From contig CAVQSP010000011.1 of NCBI GenBank assembly GCA_963715985.1, positions 634,279 through 698,278 on the forward strand: DNA of 64,000 nt. The letters are read 5' to 3'. A model generated the notes under the pieces. That model saw nothing but the letters and a program-made list of their open reading frames with translations. It was not told the DNA's origin and made no database searches. Source of the stretch: an uncultured Thermoleophilia bacterium (GTDB lineage Bacteria; Actinomycetota; Thermoleophilia; UBA2241). Within the stretch, counting starts at the first letter, position 1. Each line of letters opens with the position of its first letter. Below, in pieces: positions 32,148-46,419 of this stretch. The translations under genes and the position numbers were made by a program.

Positions 32148-33268
32148 GGGTAGCCATGCTCCTCGACTGGTTCTTCCCGTACGCTGCCGGCGTGGCCAAT
32201 GCGCTGGCCGACGAGGCACAGGTGGCGATGGTCACTCGTGACCACGGGCTCGAGATCGGTGCCACCCACGACGCGATCCGCGCCAAGCAGGCCTTGCTCG
32301 ACGATCGCGTCCGCTTGCTGATCATCCGTGGGAGGCAGCGAGATCTCAGCAGCATGAGCGATGTGGCACGCGTGCGCAGCCGCTTTGGGCGCGTTCCACC
32401 CGACGTGCTCCACGTACAGGACCACGCCGATTGGCGGCTGTACGCGCTCGATCGCACCTTCCCGAGAGTCCCTACACTCGTGACGATCCACGATGTGGTC
32501 TTTCACGCCGGCGAGAAGCACCGCGAGGACGCGTCACTGCCCATTCGGCGCTACGTTGGACGGAGTGTGCGGTCGCACGCAGGAGCCTACGTGGTGCATG
32601 GTCGCGGACTCGCCGGCCTTGTCGAAACGCAGGACTGGTACCGCGGACAAGACATCCACATCATTCCTCACGGCCGTCTGCCCTATGCGACGTCGTGCGC
32701 GCCACTGCCCGCCAGACCGACGATCCTGTTCTTTGGACGGCTGGAGTTCTACAAGGGGCTGGACGTGCTCGTCGAGGCGGCGGAGATCGCGGCGCAGCAG
32801 GTCCCCCACCTCAGAGTGATCGTCGCCGGACACGGGCCGGATGCGTCGCGGTGCCAAGCACTGGTGAGGTCGCCGGCGCTTTTCGACTGGCGACTAGGCT
32901 TCGTCCCCCACGAAGAGACGGCCTCGCTCTTCGCTGAAGCCAGCGTCGTCGTGCTTCCGTACAGAGATGCCAGCCAAAGCGGCGTTGTGCCGATGGCCTT
33001 CGCCAACGGTCGACCGGTCATCGCCACCGATGTGGGGTCGCTCTCCGAGGCGGTTCACGATGGGCTGGACGGGCTCATGGTCGGCGATGTCTCGCCAGGG
33101 GCGGTCGCAGCCGCGATCGTTCGCATCTTCACCGAGACCGCTCTGTTTACCCGTCTTGCGGCCGGGGCGACGGCGACCATATCGACGGGTCTCCTCGCAC
33201 CGGCACACATCGCGGAGCTGCACATGAAGGCATACGCCCAACTGGCTCAGCGGGCCGCGAGCAGATAG
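32144..33268 (+). CDS. Glycosyltransferase family 4
   Basis: ATGA overlap with the previous gene; TIHDV..H.G, IPHG, FFGRLEFYKG, VVLPY..ASQSGV. Confidence 0.9.
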   Translation: MRVAMLLDWFFPYAAGVANALADEAQVAMVTRDHGLEIGATHDAIRAKQALLDDRVRLLIIRGRQRDLSSMSDVARVRSRFGRVPPDVLHVQDHADWRLYALDRTFPRVPTLVTIHDVVFHAGEKHREDASLPIRRYVGRSVRSHAGAYVVHGRGLAGLVETQDWYRGQDIHIIPHGRLPYATSCAPLPARPTILFFGRLEFYKGLDVLVEAAEIAAQQVPHLRVIVAGHGPDASRCQALVRSPALFDWRLGFVPHEETASLFAEASVVVLPYRDASQSGVVPMAFANGRPVIATDVGSLSEAVHDGLDGLMVGDVSPGAVAAAIVRIFTETALFTRLAAGATATISTGLLAPAHIAELHMKAYAQLAQRAASR

Positions 33269-33350
33269 ACCGGACTGCAGTCAAGGTCCACCACTGGTAC
33301 GGCGCAGAGACCTGACACAAGACGCCGTAGTCCAGGCCGCGGATCGCCTC

Positions 33351-34612
33351 TCAGGCTGACCGAAAGGACGGTGTCGACCGTCGACGGCCAGGAGTTGCGC
33401 CGGCGCCAGCGCTCGCCTCCTGAAGGCTTCGATTCTGGTGCAGGATCATGGCCACCGCCACACTGAGGAGCGCCTGGTTCTCGAACTGATCGATGTTGGT
33501 GTTGAACAGGCAGAACACGAGATAGAACGTCAGATAGGCGAGCATCGCCGTACTGGTTTGATCGCGGCGGTTGCGCCAGGCAATAGAGACCGAGACGCCG
33601 AAGACAGAGAAGAGCAACAGGCTCGCCACGATCCCCTGCGTGTCCAAAAGCTGTACGACGAAATTGTGAGGCGGGAAGTCGTAGTCGACGTTGACCAGAT
33701 AGTAGCGCTGGTTCCAGATGTAGTCGCCCAAAGGGTTCTTCAGGAAGTACTCGAATCCGAGGCGACTGCGCTCGACACTGTCCGAGGCGTTGGCGTCCGC
33801 GTTGGGATTGAACATCGTGCGAGTGAATACGCGGCGCTTTCGCGCACTGACGGCGCCGCGTAGTAGACGCCCGCACCAACGACCGCGATCACCGCAATGG
33901 TCAGGACGACGCGACGGGTGATGCGACCGGTGGCCATCATCTGCACGAGAAACGCGGCCGCGAGCGCGACGAAGCCTGAGCGGTGATTCGCCAGGACGAT
34001 GCCCCCCACAGCGAGGATGGCGAGGACGACACGCCAAGGGCGAAGAGGCCAATAGAACAGGGACGTGAAGAACAACCAGCCGAAGGACAGCGTAGTCCCT
34101 CCCCAGGCCGCTCTCACGCTGAACCTCCCCTCCTCCAGTACTCCCTGCCCGCCCTTCAGGTACTCGTACACGACCCAGACTGCAAGCGCCGCCGCCGCGA
34201 TATCGAAGAGCGTCACGAGGAGCGCCGGCCGACAGTACTTGAGGACGACGCCGTAGACGGCCAGCACCAGGATCAGCCCCAGGCGAACCTCCTGGTCGCG
34301 CAGCACGTCTATAGGCCCCAAGCCATGCAACAGCACAGCAGCCGGCATGACGACGAAGAGCTGGTACCCCAGATAGCCGATGCACAGCCACACCACAAGC
34401 CTGTTCATCGGCACAGGGTCAGGCGTGAAGAAGAAGGCATTGCCCAGGAGAACGGCGAGCACCGCAACGCCCAGGACGAGGTCGAAGGGGTAGACACTGA
34501 TGGGGCCTACGCTCGCCAGCTCGGTTTGCACGAACGACGGCACCCGGATGGCCATCGACAGTGCCGTGAACACGGCGAGGCTGGCGGCGATGGCGATCGC
34601 AAGGTATCTCAC
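33351..34612 (-). CDS. O-antigen ligase / Wzy-like polytopic membrane protein, frameshift near 33,830
   Basis: About ten TM segments, HRSG motif, periplasmic R...(F)LKNP.G...PHN..VQLL..QG ligase signature. Confidence 0.8.
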
Positions 34613-34678
34613 TGGCCCCCCGAGGCACGCTGCATGGACAGCAGCCGGTGTCCATCACTGTCATTCAAGGATACCGCA

Positions 34679-34716
34679 ACACCGGGGAGGCCGCCCAAGG
34701 GCGGCCTCCCCGGTGT
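34679..34716 (-). terminator. Perfect 18-bp GC-rich inverted repeat; probable terminator or stabiliser downstream of the large secreted protein gene
   Basis: ACACCGGGGAGGCCGCCC-AA-GGGCGGCCTCCCCGGTGT, about 48 nt after the stop at 34,764. The U-tract is weak. Confidence 0.7.
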
Positions 34717-34763
34717 CTCCACCCGGTTCTCTCCCGGGCGTCCGAAGCTCGCCGGTCAGAGCG

Positions 34764-37274
<2,511 letters not shown>

Positions 37275-37817
37275 CGTGACCCCTCCGAGACGAGGAACGC
37301 CGCGGTCTCGTCGATGCCTGCGGGGACGCCACCTGAGCGATGGTGCGGCACCGACGCGACTCACTGGAGTTCTGTTGGACGTTACGGTGAGCAGTCGTCA
37401 CTGCTCCCTGACTGGAGTCGGAGCGGCCGCAGGATTCTTGAGGAGGTAGACGAATCTCCGTAATCCGGCGAGGCAACGCAGCCTCGGCCTTGACTCCCGG
37501 GATAGTCCGCCCTGGTTGCTTGGGCGCTTCGCAGGGTGGTCGACTCAGCGCCAGGTCGTGATCCCTCGTGCACGCCCGGGCGATCAGTGAGTCGCCCAAC
37601 GGTCGGCAACTCGCTTACTCCGCTATCATAGGTACGTCAGTCGCCTACACTGTCAACGGGCGTGAGCCGGAACGCGAGCCATCCGACGTGCGCCCCTGTG
37701 CCTTTGCTCATCCGATCACCAGGTCACACTGAACGGTGTACCGACGGCGACCGACGCGACTGATGCCGGCCCGTCGGCAGGGTCAGCGGCCAGTCCTGTG
37801 GCGCAGAGGAAGGAGAT

Positions 37818-38948
37818 GTGGTGTTCGGTCCCACATCGTGCGTGCTGAGGAAGCTGGCCATTCTTCTTGCCCTCCCGGCACTGGCCTCGGGGCTGGTCTT
37901 CACCTCAGATGCCTTGGCCGTACCCCGTGCGCAGTCGTTGCGCGTCAGCGTGGTCAACACTCCTGGACCCGGCGTCACCCTGAACGTGAAGGACTACGGC
38001 GCCACGGGTGACGGCGTGACCGACGACGCGCAGAGCATCCGGGACTGTATCGACGCTTGCTACGAGGTGGGCGGGGGGACAGTCTACATCCCGGCCGGGA
38101 CCTACCGGCTCGTCACCGGACGCGACCTGCCGGATACGGACAACGCCGTGATGAAGGTGCACGTTGCGTTGCGCTCCGGAGTCATCGTCGCCGGCGACGG
38201 CGTCGGCAAGACCATCCTCGTCGGAGAGGCCCCTGAGGACGGCCTCAGCGTGATGGGCGCGACTGACGACAACGTGGTCGCCCGCGACCTGACGGCGATG
38301 ATCCCTGCGGCCGATAAGGAAGACACCTGGAAGAGCGGCCTCAAGCTGTGCGGCGTCGACGGCGGCACCTTCACCAACATCCGCATGGAGTACACCGGCA
38401 CGGCCTCCAACTGCGTCGGCTGCTCGAATCTCACCTACACGAACTGCGTCTCCGCCAACACCAAGGCGGGGTTCATGTGTGACGAGCAGCCCGCCGACGG
38501 CTACCCGACCAGCCACAACATCACATACAACTCCTGCGAGTCCTATGGCTCCACGGGCAGGGGTATCGGTTGCGGCTTCGAGGCGTACGTCGCCGATGGC
38601 AAGGGCAAGCGCGTCAGCCTCGTCACCTACAACAACTGCTACGCCCACGACAATCGCAACACGGGCTTCTACAGCAAGTGGAGCTACCGCGTCACCTACA
38701 GGGCATGCCGATCGGACAACAACGGCAGCTGGGGCTTCTACCTCGAGAGCGCCAAAGACTATCTCGTGACGAGTTGCACTGCGCGCGGGAACCACAACTC
38801 CCGGTTTCGCTACGTATCCTCCACTCCGCGTCGACAGTTGCACGCCGCGCCAGGCTTGGTGGGACTGGGGCTAGTCGTCATCGGCTGCGCCGGTCTTGTG
38901 GGATTGCATCGCGCCCACAAGCCGCTGGGGACGGCGGCGGAGTGCTAG
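37818..38948 (+). CDS. Pectate_lyase_3-type right-handed beta-helix protein with signal peptide and C-terminal TM anchor
   Basis: SD GGAAGGAG, signal-like N-terminus, NVKDYGATGDGVTDD..GGGTVYIPAGTY, beta-helix repeats, hydrophobic GLVGLGLVVIGCAGLVGL followed by basic residues. Confidence 0.85.
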   Translation: MVFGPTSCVLRKLAILLALPALASGLVFTSDALAVPRAQSLRVSVVNTPGPGVTLNVKDYGATGDGVTDDAQSIRDCIDACYEVGGGTVYIPAGTYRLVTGRDLPDTDNAVMKVHVALRSGVIVAGDGVGKTILVGEAPEDGLSVMGATDDNVVARDLTAMIPAADKEDTWKSGLKLCGVDGGTFTNIRMEYTGTASNCVGCSNLTYTNCVSANTKAGFMCDEQPADGYPTSHNITYNSCESYGSTGRGIGCGFEAYVADGKGKRVSLVTYNNCYAHDNRNTGFYSKWSYRVTYRACRSDNNGSWGFYLESAKDYLVTSCTARGNHNSRFRYVSSTPRRQLHAAPGLVGLGLVVIGCAGLVGLHRAHKPLGTAAEC

Positions 38949-39110
38949 GTATCGACTCGTCGGTGACTGCCATATTGGGCAGCCAGGATGCGAAGCCCTA
39001 TGCGTCCAGGAGCGTGCGTGGCCGCGCCCGTGCCCAGCCCAGTCCACGCCTCCTCTGCGTGCGTCCACGGCGGGCCGATGACAACCCGTAGCGTCGGCGT
39101 CGCGCCCCAC

Positions 39111-39251
39111 CTCTCGATCCGCTCCACCGAGAGGCTCGCAGAGGCGGGCGCCGTGCCCTCGGCGGGGCCGCGTGGGGACAGCTACGACGCCTTGGTCGGG
39201 TCGGAGTCGGTGATTGCCCTCTTCAAGACCGAGCGCATCCGCGACCGGGGT
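39111..39251 (+). mobile_element. Degenerate IS3-family transposase (integrase core) remnant
   Basis: LSIRSTERLAEAGAVPSAGPRGDSYDALVGSESVIALFKTE matches the IS3 OrfB pattern SI.YT.RL.EAG..PS.G..GDSYDNA.AE....LYK.E. Confidence 0.75.
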
Positions 39252-39554
39252 ACTTGCATGAACCTTGCGGCCTCACAGATACTGCCGTCCAGAAGAGGCT
39301 GGCACTGAGTCTGGGGATCGCGTGACTCCACGGGGGTCGGAGGTACCGTTCAAGAAGGGAGCGGGGCAGATTAGACGCTGCGCCACTCCAACGATCGGCA
39401 GAGTGATTGCCTACGTTCTGTTCTGTCTCCTAAGCTTCTCCTGGGCACTTGACCACGGGGCCCATCTCATCCCCAACCAAGACCCAGGCCGCAGTTGCGC
39501 GGGCCCGGCGACTGGCGATGGCGGAGTCATGTATCAGCACTGGGGCGAACTACC

Positions 39555-40358
39555 ATGAACTCCGAGCTGGCAGGGATGCTGCGCTTCACTCGGAGGCTTC
39601 CTCCCGTGGCGGGTTCAGGTCGCCTCGTCTGGATGCTCTCCAAGTGGTACGCGCGTAGGCCACGTCCCAAGGAACGCGTAAGCGTGATGGGGTTTCACAT
39701 GGAACTGGACCCGATGGAGCTAGTTGACAGGCTGGTGATGTTCGCACCCCATCTCTACGAATGGCGGGAGATCGCCCATCTGCGCCGCAAGCTATCCGAG
39801 GGGGACGTATTCCTGGATCTGGGGTGCAATATCGGTTTCTTCTCACTCGTGGCATCGCCCATCGTGGGCAAGAGCGGTCGCGTACTGGCCATCGAGGCCG
39901 ACCCATATTCGTACAGCAAGGTGACGCGCACGATCAGGGGGAACAAGATCGAGAACCTTCAAGCCGTGCAGGTCGGTCTATCTGACAGAACAGAGACTCT
40001 GAGCTTGCGACTTCAGCTTCAGGGAAACCGGGGTGGATGCACGTTTCTGGGTGTCCGCGAGTCCGACGAGAACACGGTATGCGTGCAATGCCGGCCGCTG
40101 CTTCATGTGCTGCTGGACGCGGGAATCGAGCGGGTTCACGCGGCGAAAGTCGACTTGGAGGGTTTCGAGTTTCGCGTACTGAGGTCGTTCTTCGAGACGG
40201 CAGACCGGTCCTTGTGGCCGGAACTACTGATCGTCGAACGCAATCGGGAGCGAATCAGTGCGGCCGGCGGCGATGTGAACCAGGTGATCGCCGAACGCGG
40301 GTATTCCTTGCTGTCTTGGCACGAAGACAACTACGTGTGGTCGCTGAATCCGGTCTGA
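39555..40358 (+). CDS. FkbM family methyltransferase
   Basis: YE..E, FLDLGCNIGFFSL, VLAIEAD, GNRGG, KVDLEGFE..VL. Confidence 0.9.
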   Translation: MNSELAGMLRFTRRLPPVAGSGRLVWMLSKWYARRPRPKERVSVMGFHMELDPMELVDRLVMFAPHLYEWREIAHLRRKLSEGDVFLDLGCNIGFFSLVASPIVGKSGRVLAIEADPYSYSKVTRTIRGNKIENLQAVQVGLSDRTETLSLRLQLQGNRGGCTFLGVRESDENTVCVQCRPLLHVLLDAGIERVHAAKVDLEGFEFRVLRSFFETADRSLWPELLIVERNRERISAAGGDVNQVIAERGYSLLSWHEDNYVWSLNPV

Positions 40359-40435
40359 TGCTGCCGAGCGCACGATCACTACTCGGAGACCGGCGTGGGC
40401 TCCGCGGGCGCTACCCTGCGGCCCTCGAGGCCGAC

Positions 40436-40925
40436 TCATACAAGGAGCTCGGCGCTCTCCCTCTCCGGCTTGTAGATGCAGTGCATGGAGTCCCAGTCAA
40501 CGTGGCCAAGGGCGTGGATGGACTCCGGAGCCTCTCTGGTGAAAGGGGGGACGAAGCGAGATTCGACTACGGTCCGGAAAGGAACGCCGAACCGACTTGG
40601 CTGCTCGATGGTGATCGTGACGGTGCCGAGAGGGGTCTCGTAGTTGACGCCCGCACGGCCCATACAGCCAGGCGACCGTCTCTGAGAGCAGGATCCATTC
40701 CCTCACGAGCCTCGGCTGAGCGTCGCCGGGTGGTGTCGCAACGACCGGCGGAACCGACAAGCCTACGCAGGCTGTGCGCGCGTTCTCCCGGGCGATGGCC
40801 GTCTCAAAGCCGGAATCGTGGCTGACGGCGAGCGGGTGGAGCGCAAGTTCCTCGACCATGCACTGCGGGATCAAGGCGCTGCACTGGTACGTTTCGCGGA
40901 GTGGGCATCGGCTGCAGCGTTTCAT
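40436..40925 (-). other. Possible degraded or frameshifted hypothetical gene
   Basis: Overlapping ORFs 40497..40925 and 40436..40663 have protein-like composition but no recognised motif. Confidence 0.25.
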
Positions 40926-41224
40926 CGTTCACGCCCTGCCCTGTGGCACCGGTTCGCCCGTGCATCCGTCACTCCCCGGAAGACCTGATTCGTTTCAGGC
41001 TCGGATTCCCCCCGTCTCGATAGCGGCCGAGGCCGGAGCGACTGTACCCCTCCGCGGCGCCCTGAACCTGCCCCACTGCGTCCGCGCGCAGGTCACGCCG
41101 CCCTCTCGCAGCGTGCAGCGAAGAGGGGCGCAGGATAGGATTGTCGTTATCCAGCTCGGAGAGAGCGTCAGAGTGCAAGGCACGATTCCGGTCGAGCGGC
41201 GGATTCCCCAAGATCGCAGAGGGG

Positions 41225-42112
41225 ATGACTCACGGACCACGGGTGGTGAGCACGGCCAACCTACAGTCAAAGCCCGTCGACGAGAGGTTCGTCGTCTACG
41301 AGCGGCAGCGTGGCTGGGCGGCGCTCAACGTCCGCGAGCTGTGGGCCTACCGCGAGCTGCTCTACTTCCTCACGTGGCGCGACATCCTCGTGCGCTACAA
41401 GCAGGCCGTCATGGGCGTCGCCTGGGCGGTCCTGCAGCCGCTGCTCACGATGGTCGTCTTCACGGTCGTCTTCAACAAGGCGCTCGGCGTCCAGAGCCCC
41501 TCCTCGGACGTGCCCTACCCGGTCTTCAGCTTCGCCGGGCTGCTGCCCTGGCAGTTCTTCGCCGGCGCCCTCTCGCGCTCCGGCGTCAGCCTCGTCGGCA
41601 ACGCCAACCTCCTCACCAAGGTCTACTTCCCGCGCCTCGTCATCCCCATCTCGGCCGTGCTCGGCGGGCTCGTCGACCTCGGCGATCTCGTTCGTCGTCC
41701 TGCTCGTGCTGATGGCCGCGCTACGGCATCGCCCCCACCTGGCACGTGGTCTTCCTGCCGCTGTTCGTCCTGCTGGCGTTCGCGGCGGCGCTGGCCGTCA
41801 GCCTCTGGCTCAGCGCCCTCAACGTGCTCTACCGCGACGTGCAGTACATCATCCCCTTCCTCGTGCAGCTGTGGATGTTCGTCAGCCCGGTGATCTACCC
41901 GATCAGCAGCATCCCCGCGGGTCCGCTGCGCGTCGCCTTCGCCCTCAACCCGATGACGGGGGTGATCGGCGGCTTCCGCTGGGCGCTGCTCGGGCAGCAG
42001 TTCCCCCCCGGCGGCTACCTGTGGATCTCCGTCGCGCGTGGTCGCGGTGCTGCTCGTCGGCGGCCTCTTCTACTTCAAGCGCATGGAACGCGTGTTCGCC
42101 GATGTGGTGTAG
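41225..42112 (+). CDS. wzm: ABC-2 polysaccharide transporter permease (Wzm), frameshifted
   Basis: ELW.YRELLYFL.WRD..VRYKQ..G.AWA.LQP, KVYFPR, YRDV, SPVIYP, LNPM, FADVV*. Confidence 0.9.
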
Positions 42113-42115
42113 GCC

Positions 42116-43221
42116 GTGAGCGACGTCGTCCTGCGCACCAGTCGGTCTCGGCAAGATGTACCACATCGGCGGCCAGCGCCAGGCGTACCGCACGCTGCGC
42201 GAGACGCTCGTGCAGGCGGCCAGGCGGCCGCTGGAGCGCATCCGTCATCCCGGTGCGGCGACGCACGCCTCGGAGGAGCTCTGGGCGCTGAGGGACGTCG
42301 ACCTCGAGGTCCGGCACGGAGAGGCGCTCGGCATCATCGGCCGCAACGGCGCCGGCAAGAGCACGCTGCTCAAGGTCCTCTCGCACATCACCGAGCCGAC
42401 GGAGGGCAGGGTCGAGATCAAGGGGAGGGTGGCGAGCCTGCTCGAGGTCGGCACCGGGTTCCACCCCGAGCTCACCGGCCGCGAGAACATCCAGCTGAAC
42501 GGCGCCATCCTGGGCATGACGCGGGCCGAGATCAAGAGCAAGTTCGACGAGATCGTCGAGTTCAGCGAGATCGGCCGTTTCCTGGACACGCCGGTGAAGC
42601 GCTACTCGAGCGGCATGTTCGTGCGCCTCGCCTTCGCCGTGGCGGCCCACCTCGAGCCCGAGATCCTCGATCGTGGACGAGGTGCTCGCCGTCGGCGACG
42701 CCGCCTTCCAGAAGAAGTGCCTCGGCAAGATGGAGGATGTGGCCGGGCACGGCCGCACGGTGCTTGTTCGTGAGCCACAACATGGCGGCCGTGAGCGCGC
42801 TGTGTTCGCGGGCGGTGTTGCTCGACAACGGGAGGCTGGTGGAGAGTGGCCCCACGCGGGAGGTCATAGACGCCTACCTCATGCGCGGCAGGGAGGCGAG
42901 CTCCACGCCGCTGACCGAGCGCATCGACCGCTCCGGCAAGGGCTCGGTCCGTTTCACTGCGCTCGGGCTGGAGGACGGCGACGGCAACGCCATCACCACA
43001 GCGACAAGCGGCAGGCCGGTGACCGTCCGGCTCGACTACAGCAGCGCGGATGGCCGACCCGTCCACCATGTGGTCGTCGGGATCTACGTCAGGGGGCTCT
43101 ACGGCCAGCCGCTGTTCATCTGCTTGTCGCGGGTGGCACGGAATGGATTCCCAAGCTTGGCTCCCAGTGGCTCCATCCGCTGCCACATCCCCATGTTGCC
43201 GCTTCTGCCGGGCGTCTACGT
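42116..43221 (+). CDS. wzt: ABC polysaccharide transporter ATPase (Wzt) with Wzt_C domain; frameshifted and truncated at junction
   Basis: WALRDV, GRNGAGKSTLL, GTGFHPELTGREN, YSSGM..RLAF, DEVLAVGD, VSH. Breaks off after LPLLPGVY. Confidence 0.9.
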
Positions 43222-43945
43222 CGATTGTGGCCAGAAAGTGCTGGGGGCGGGGAATCTCCTTCGTTTCGATTTCATCGCCCGTGACGTCCACGATGTTTCC
43301 ATTGCCGACCGCAACCACGTAGTAGTTGTGGATCTTTGCGTAGCCGTTGAGCGGCATGCCTCCACCGTAGGCACTGGGCCAGAAGACGATCTCGGCCCCC
43401 TGCTGTTCGGCTTCCTGCCACAACTCGGGAAAGTTCAGGTCAAAACACGTCAGGATCGAGATCCGACCGAAATCCGTGTCGAAGACCTTGACCCCTTCCT
43501 GGCTGAGATTTAGTCCTTCACCCCAGAAGAGAAAAACCTTGCGATAGTAGCCCGCGATGGCTCCGCTCCGGTCGAGCAGTACGGCCGTGTTGTACTGTTC
43601 GCCTTCCGCGCTCTGTTCCCGAATCGGACAAATGACGTACATACCATGCTTCTTCGCCATACCTCCCACGGCATCGGTCGTCGGCCCGGGGATCGACTCG
43701 GCGACGGTCCCCGCGAACTCCTCGGGCAAGCAGGCGATATCCACGTCGTTCTGGCCCGCGGTTTCCAGGTGATCGAGGGCCAGCCGCAGTTTCTGGTCGT
43801 GCTCCCCGCCAAAGCCGATGGCGATGGCCGCAACCCTGACTTGCCGCCCGGGCAAGTTCAAGCGGGCAGGCACCTCGCCCGAGGACCCAGGCACAAAGAA
43901 GAAACAAAGGCCAATGATCGCGAACCCGCTGCCGATCGTCTTCAT
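43222..43945 (-). CDS. Carbon-nitrogen hydrolase (nitrilase superfamily) with signal peptide; 3' end truncated at junction
   Basis: Catalytic triad motifs LPEE, YRK and TCFD; also YNTA, WPSAYGGG and ATID. Hydrophobic N-terminus. Confidence 0.85.
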
Positions 43946-43991
43946 TGCACTTTCCTCTTGTTGAAGAAAAGGGGGCAGGACTCTCTTCCTG

Positions 43992-46350
43992 TTACCTGGT
44001 CAGCTCGACGACCTCGCCGGGCTGCAGCGTGATGTGGGGAGGTATCGAACCGGGGTCGGGAAACGGAATGGTCGGGCGATTTCCGCTGAGAACCCGCAAG
44101 GTCAACGGTGTTTTGCTGGCCGGTAAAGCCACCGGCAGCGGCTGAGCCAACTCCGGCGGCGCGACCAGACGCACACGGTCAACGGGAAGCTCGGCCTCGG
44201 GAATCACGCCCCACTGATCCTCATTACGGCTCGACAGGCCCGCTTCCGTCACGGAGTGCGAGGCGGACCGGAACAGGACGCCGCGCTGCAGGGAACACCC
44301 CAGAACAAGCGGCATGAAGGCATTCCAGCAGTCCTCGGAAGGCGTGTACGTGTTGAGGAAGTAGGCGTCGCCGCGCCGCAGGAGGACGGGAACCTCGCTG
44401 CCGTTGAACTCCGCGGCGTGAAGAATCTCCGCTTCCGCGCTCGGCTCGATCCGCCGTGTGGCTTCGTCGATCGGACCGCTGGGCAAGTTCGGCCACCACG
44501 GCTTGGAGCGACAGGCGGGCGATCGTTTGCCCGTCTTCGCCAGCGACGGAGAAGCCGTATCGGCTCGCCGCAGCGGGCTCTCCACCGAAGCTGGCTCCCA
44601 CCGTCCAACCGGCCACACTGTCGAACTCCTCTTTCCAGCCCACGTTTCCCTGGGCATCGACCATCCGCAGGTAGTCAACGTCGAGCGTGAAGTCCCCGTT
44701 CTCGTTGAGGTCGTCCAAGATGAGTTCGATCCGCGTCAAGCGACGAATCTCCCGGCCGGCCGCTTGCCGGGCGATGTGCGCCAGTCGCCTGGTCCTCGAG
44801 CCACTGGCCCCGGTCTGGCGATCGTCGGTCGAGCTGCTTTCCAACCAGGCCGCGATTTCCTTTCCCGGCTTCGTCCGGCCGAAGTAGCGGATGTGAAACA
44901 GGGTCCCCGGTGTGTTCCGACAGCGGAATGCCAGACGCGGGAACTCCGCCAGATCGACGTCCACTCGGCCGCTGGCCACAACGTACTCGTTGGCCGGGCC
45001 CAGCTCGGGTCGAGCGAGTGGCTGCAGCGGCTGGTCGGTGAACATGCCGCAGCATCGGGCTCATCCGCGATTCCCATCGGGTTGGCGTACACGACACGCT
45101 GCCGCGAGGCGGCCAGGGCGTTCTCTTCCTCGGCCTGCTTGTCGATGTTCAGGCTGAATACGATGTCGTACTGGGCAAGGTCGCGACCGCTGCCGGCCAG
45201 CACCACTTCCGCCTGGGGGACGAAGCTCCGCAGCCGTGTGAGCAGGGCCATTTCGCGGCGCAGCATCGCCGCGCGCTCGGGAGTCGCGGCCTGCATCGGC
45301 GGGCAGGAAATCATCCACGAGGATCAGCACGCGGGGCAGGTCGGCCCGGGTGTGGGTCTTGATGGCCCGCACCATGGCCGAGGCGACGTCGTAGCGCCAC
45401 GTTCCCCAATGATCGTCGGGCAGCAGATGTTCGCCTTCGTACAACTCGTTCCAGCCGTAGTTGAACACCAGGTCGGGATCCGTGTGCTGGGCCAGCCAGA
45501 GCGATTCCTGCAGATAGCGAATGTCGTTGCGGATCCAGCGTTGGGCACGCGGCCCTTGGCGCTGGAACGACACGCCCAGGTCGTCGTAGTGGACGACAAA
45601 GGTCACGCTCCCGCGCTCGACCTGCGTCTGGCCGCTGGCCTCGTTGAAGACGTAGCTTTGGATCTCGGGAAAATGCTGGAACCCGTACATCTGCTGGGGC
45701 GTGTGCGTGTTGGTCCAGTGGAACACGACGCGCTCTCCGAGCCCCTGCTGCACGCCTTCGATCAGGGCCCGGTAGAACGCGTCCCACGGCTGCGGATCGA
45801 TCACCGACTGGTCGAAGGCGTAGCCGTAGACCACGATGGGCAGCCTGCCGTTGCGGTCGTGCAGCCAGAGCGACTTGGGCACCGCGCGATAGAACCGCAG
45901 CACGTCCGCCACGGACTCACTGGCGAAATGCTCGGTGGGCGTAATGGAATTCGCTCGCCCACTGAAGCGGATTTCCATGTCGTAGAACATGGCGAGAGGC
46001 AGGTCGACCTTGGCCGGCCGCTTCCAGGAACTGCGGCTTGGGATCATTGGCGTGCCACTCGTAGTGCACGCCCGTCGAATCCGGCCTCGCGGATCTTCTG
46101 GAATTGGACCTCGTAGTAATGCACACTCTGGCCGATCTCCTCCGGCGTGATCCCCAGGGCGTTCCAATCGACGCGGTACGTCCATTGCCGCTGCCACTGC
46201 TCCAGCGGACGCTGCTCGCTGACGACGTACCAATCAAAGAAGTGCGTCGTGCACAGCGGGGGGCTCGGCGCCCGCCAGGCGGCCGGCGAGGGGCAAAGTC
46301 AAAGTGAGTAGCCACAGGGCAACGTGGTTCGGCTGGATCGGCATGATCAT
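43992..46350 (-). CDS. Secreted GH99/GH71-like TIM-barrel glycoside hydrolase with C-terminal domains; multiple frameshifts
   Basis: Reconstructed pieces: signal peptide, THFFDWY, FQKIREAGFDG..YEW, MFYD, GRLPIVVY, YGWNELYEG (cf. the GH99 N-E-x-x-E motif). Confidence 0.6.
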
Positions 46351-46419
46351 GGTCCGTTCTTCGAGTGGTCGTTGCCTGAGATACGTGGGAGGCTGCTTTT
46401 CGCAGCCATCCGAAACGGC

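Noticed and set aside
37625-37656. Canonical sigma-70 promoter TTGACA...TATGAT on the minus strand
   Set aside because: The spacer is 20 nt, too long to call as a feature without data.
42116-43945. Long overlapping ORFs 42116..43513 (+) and 42602..43945 (-) as genuine overlapping genes
   Set aside because: Each reads through the probable chimeric junction into the antisense of the other gene.
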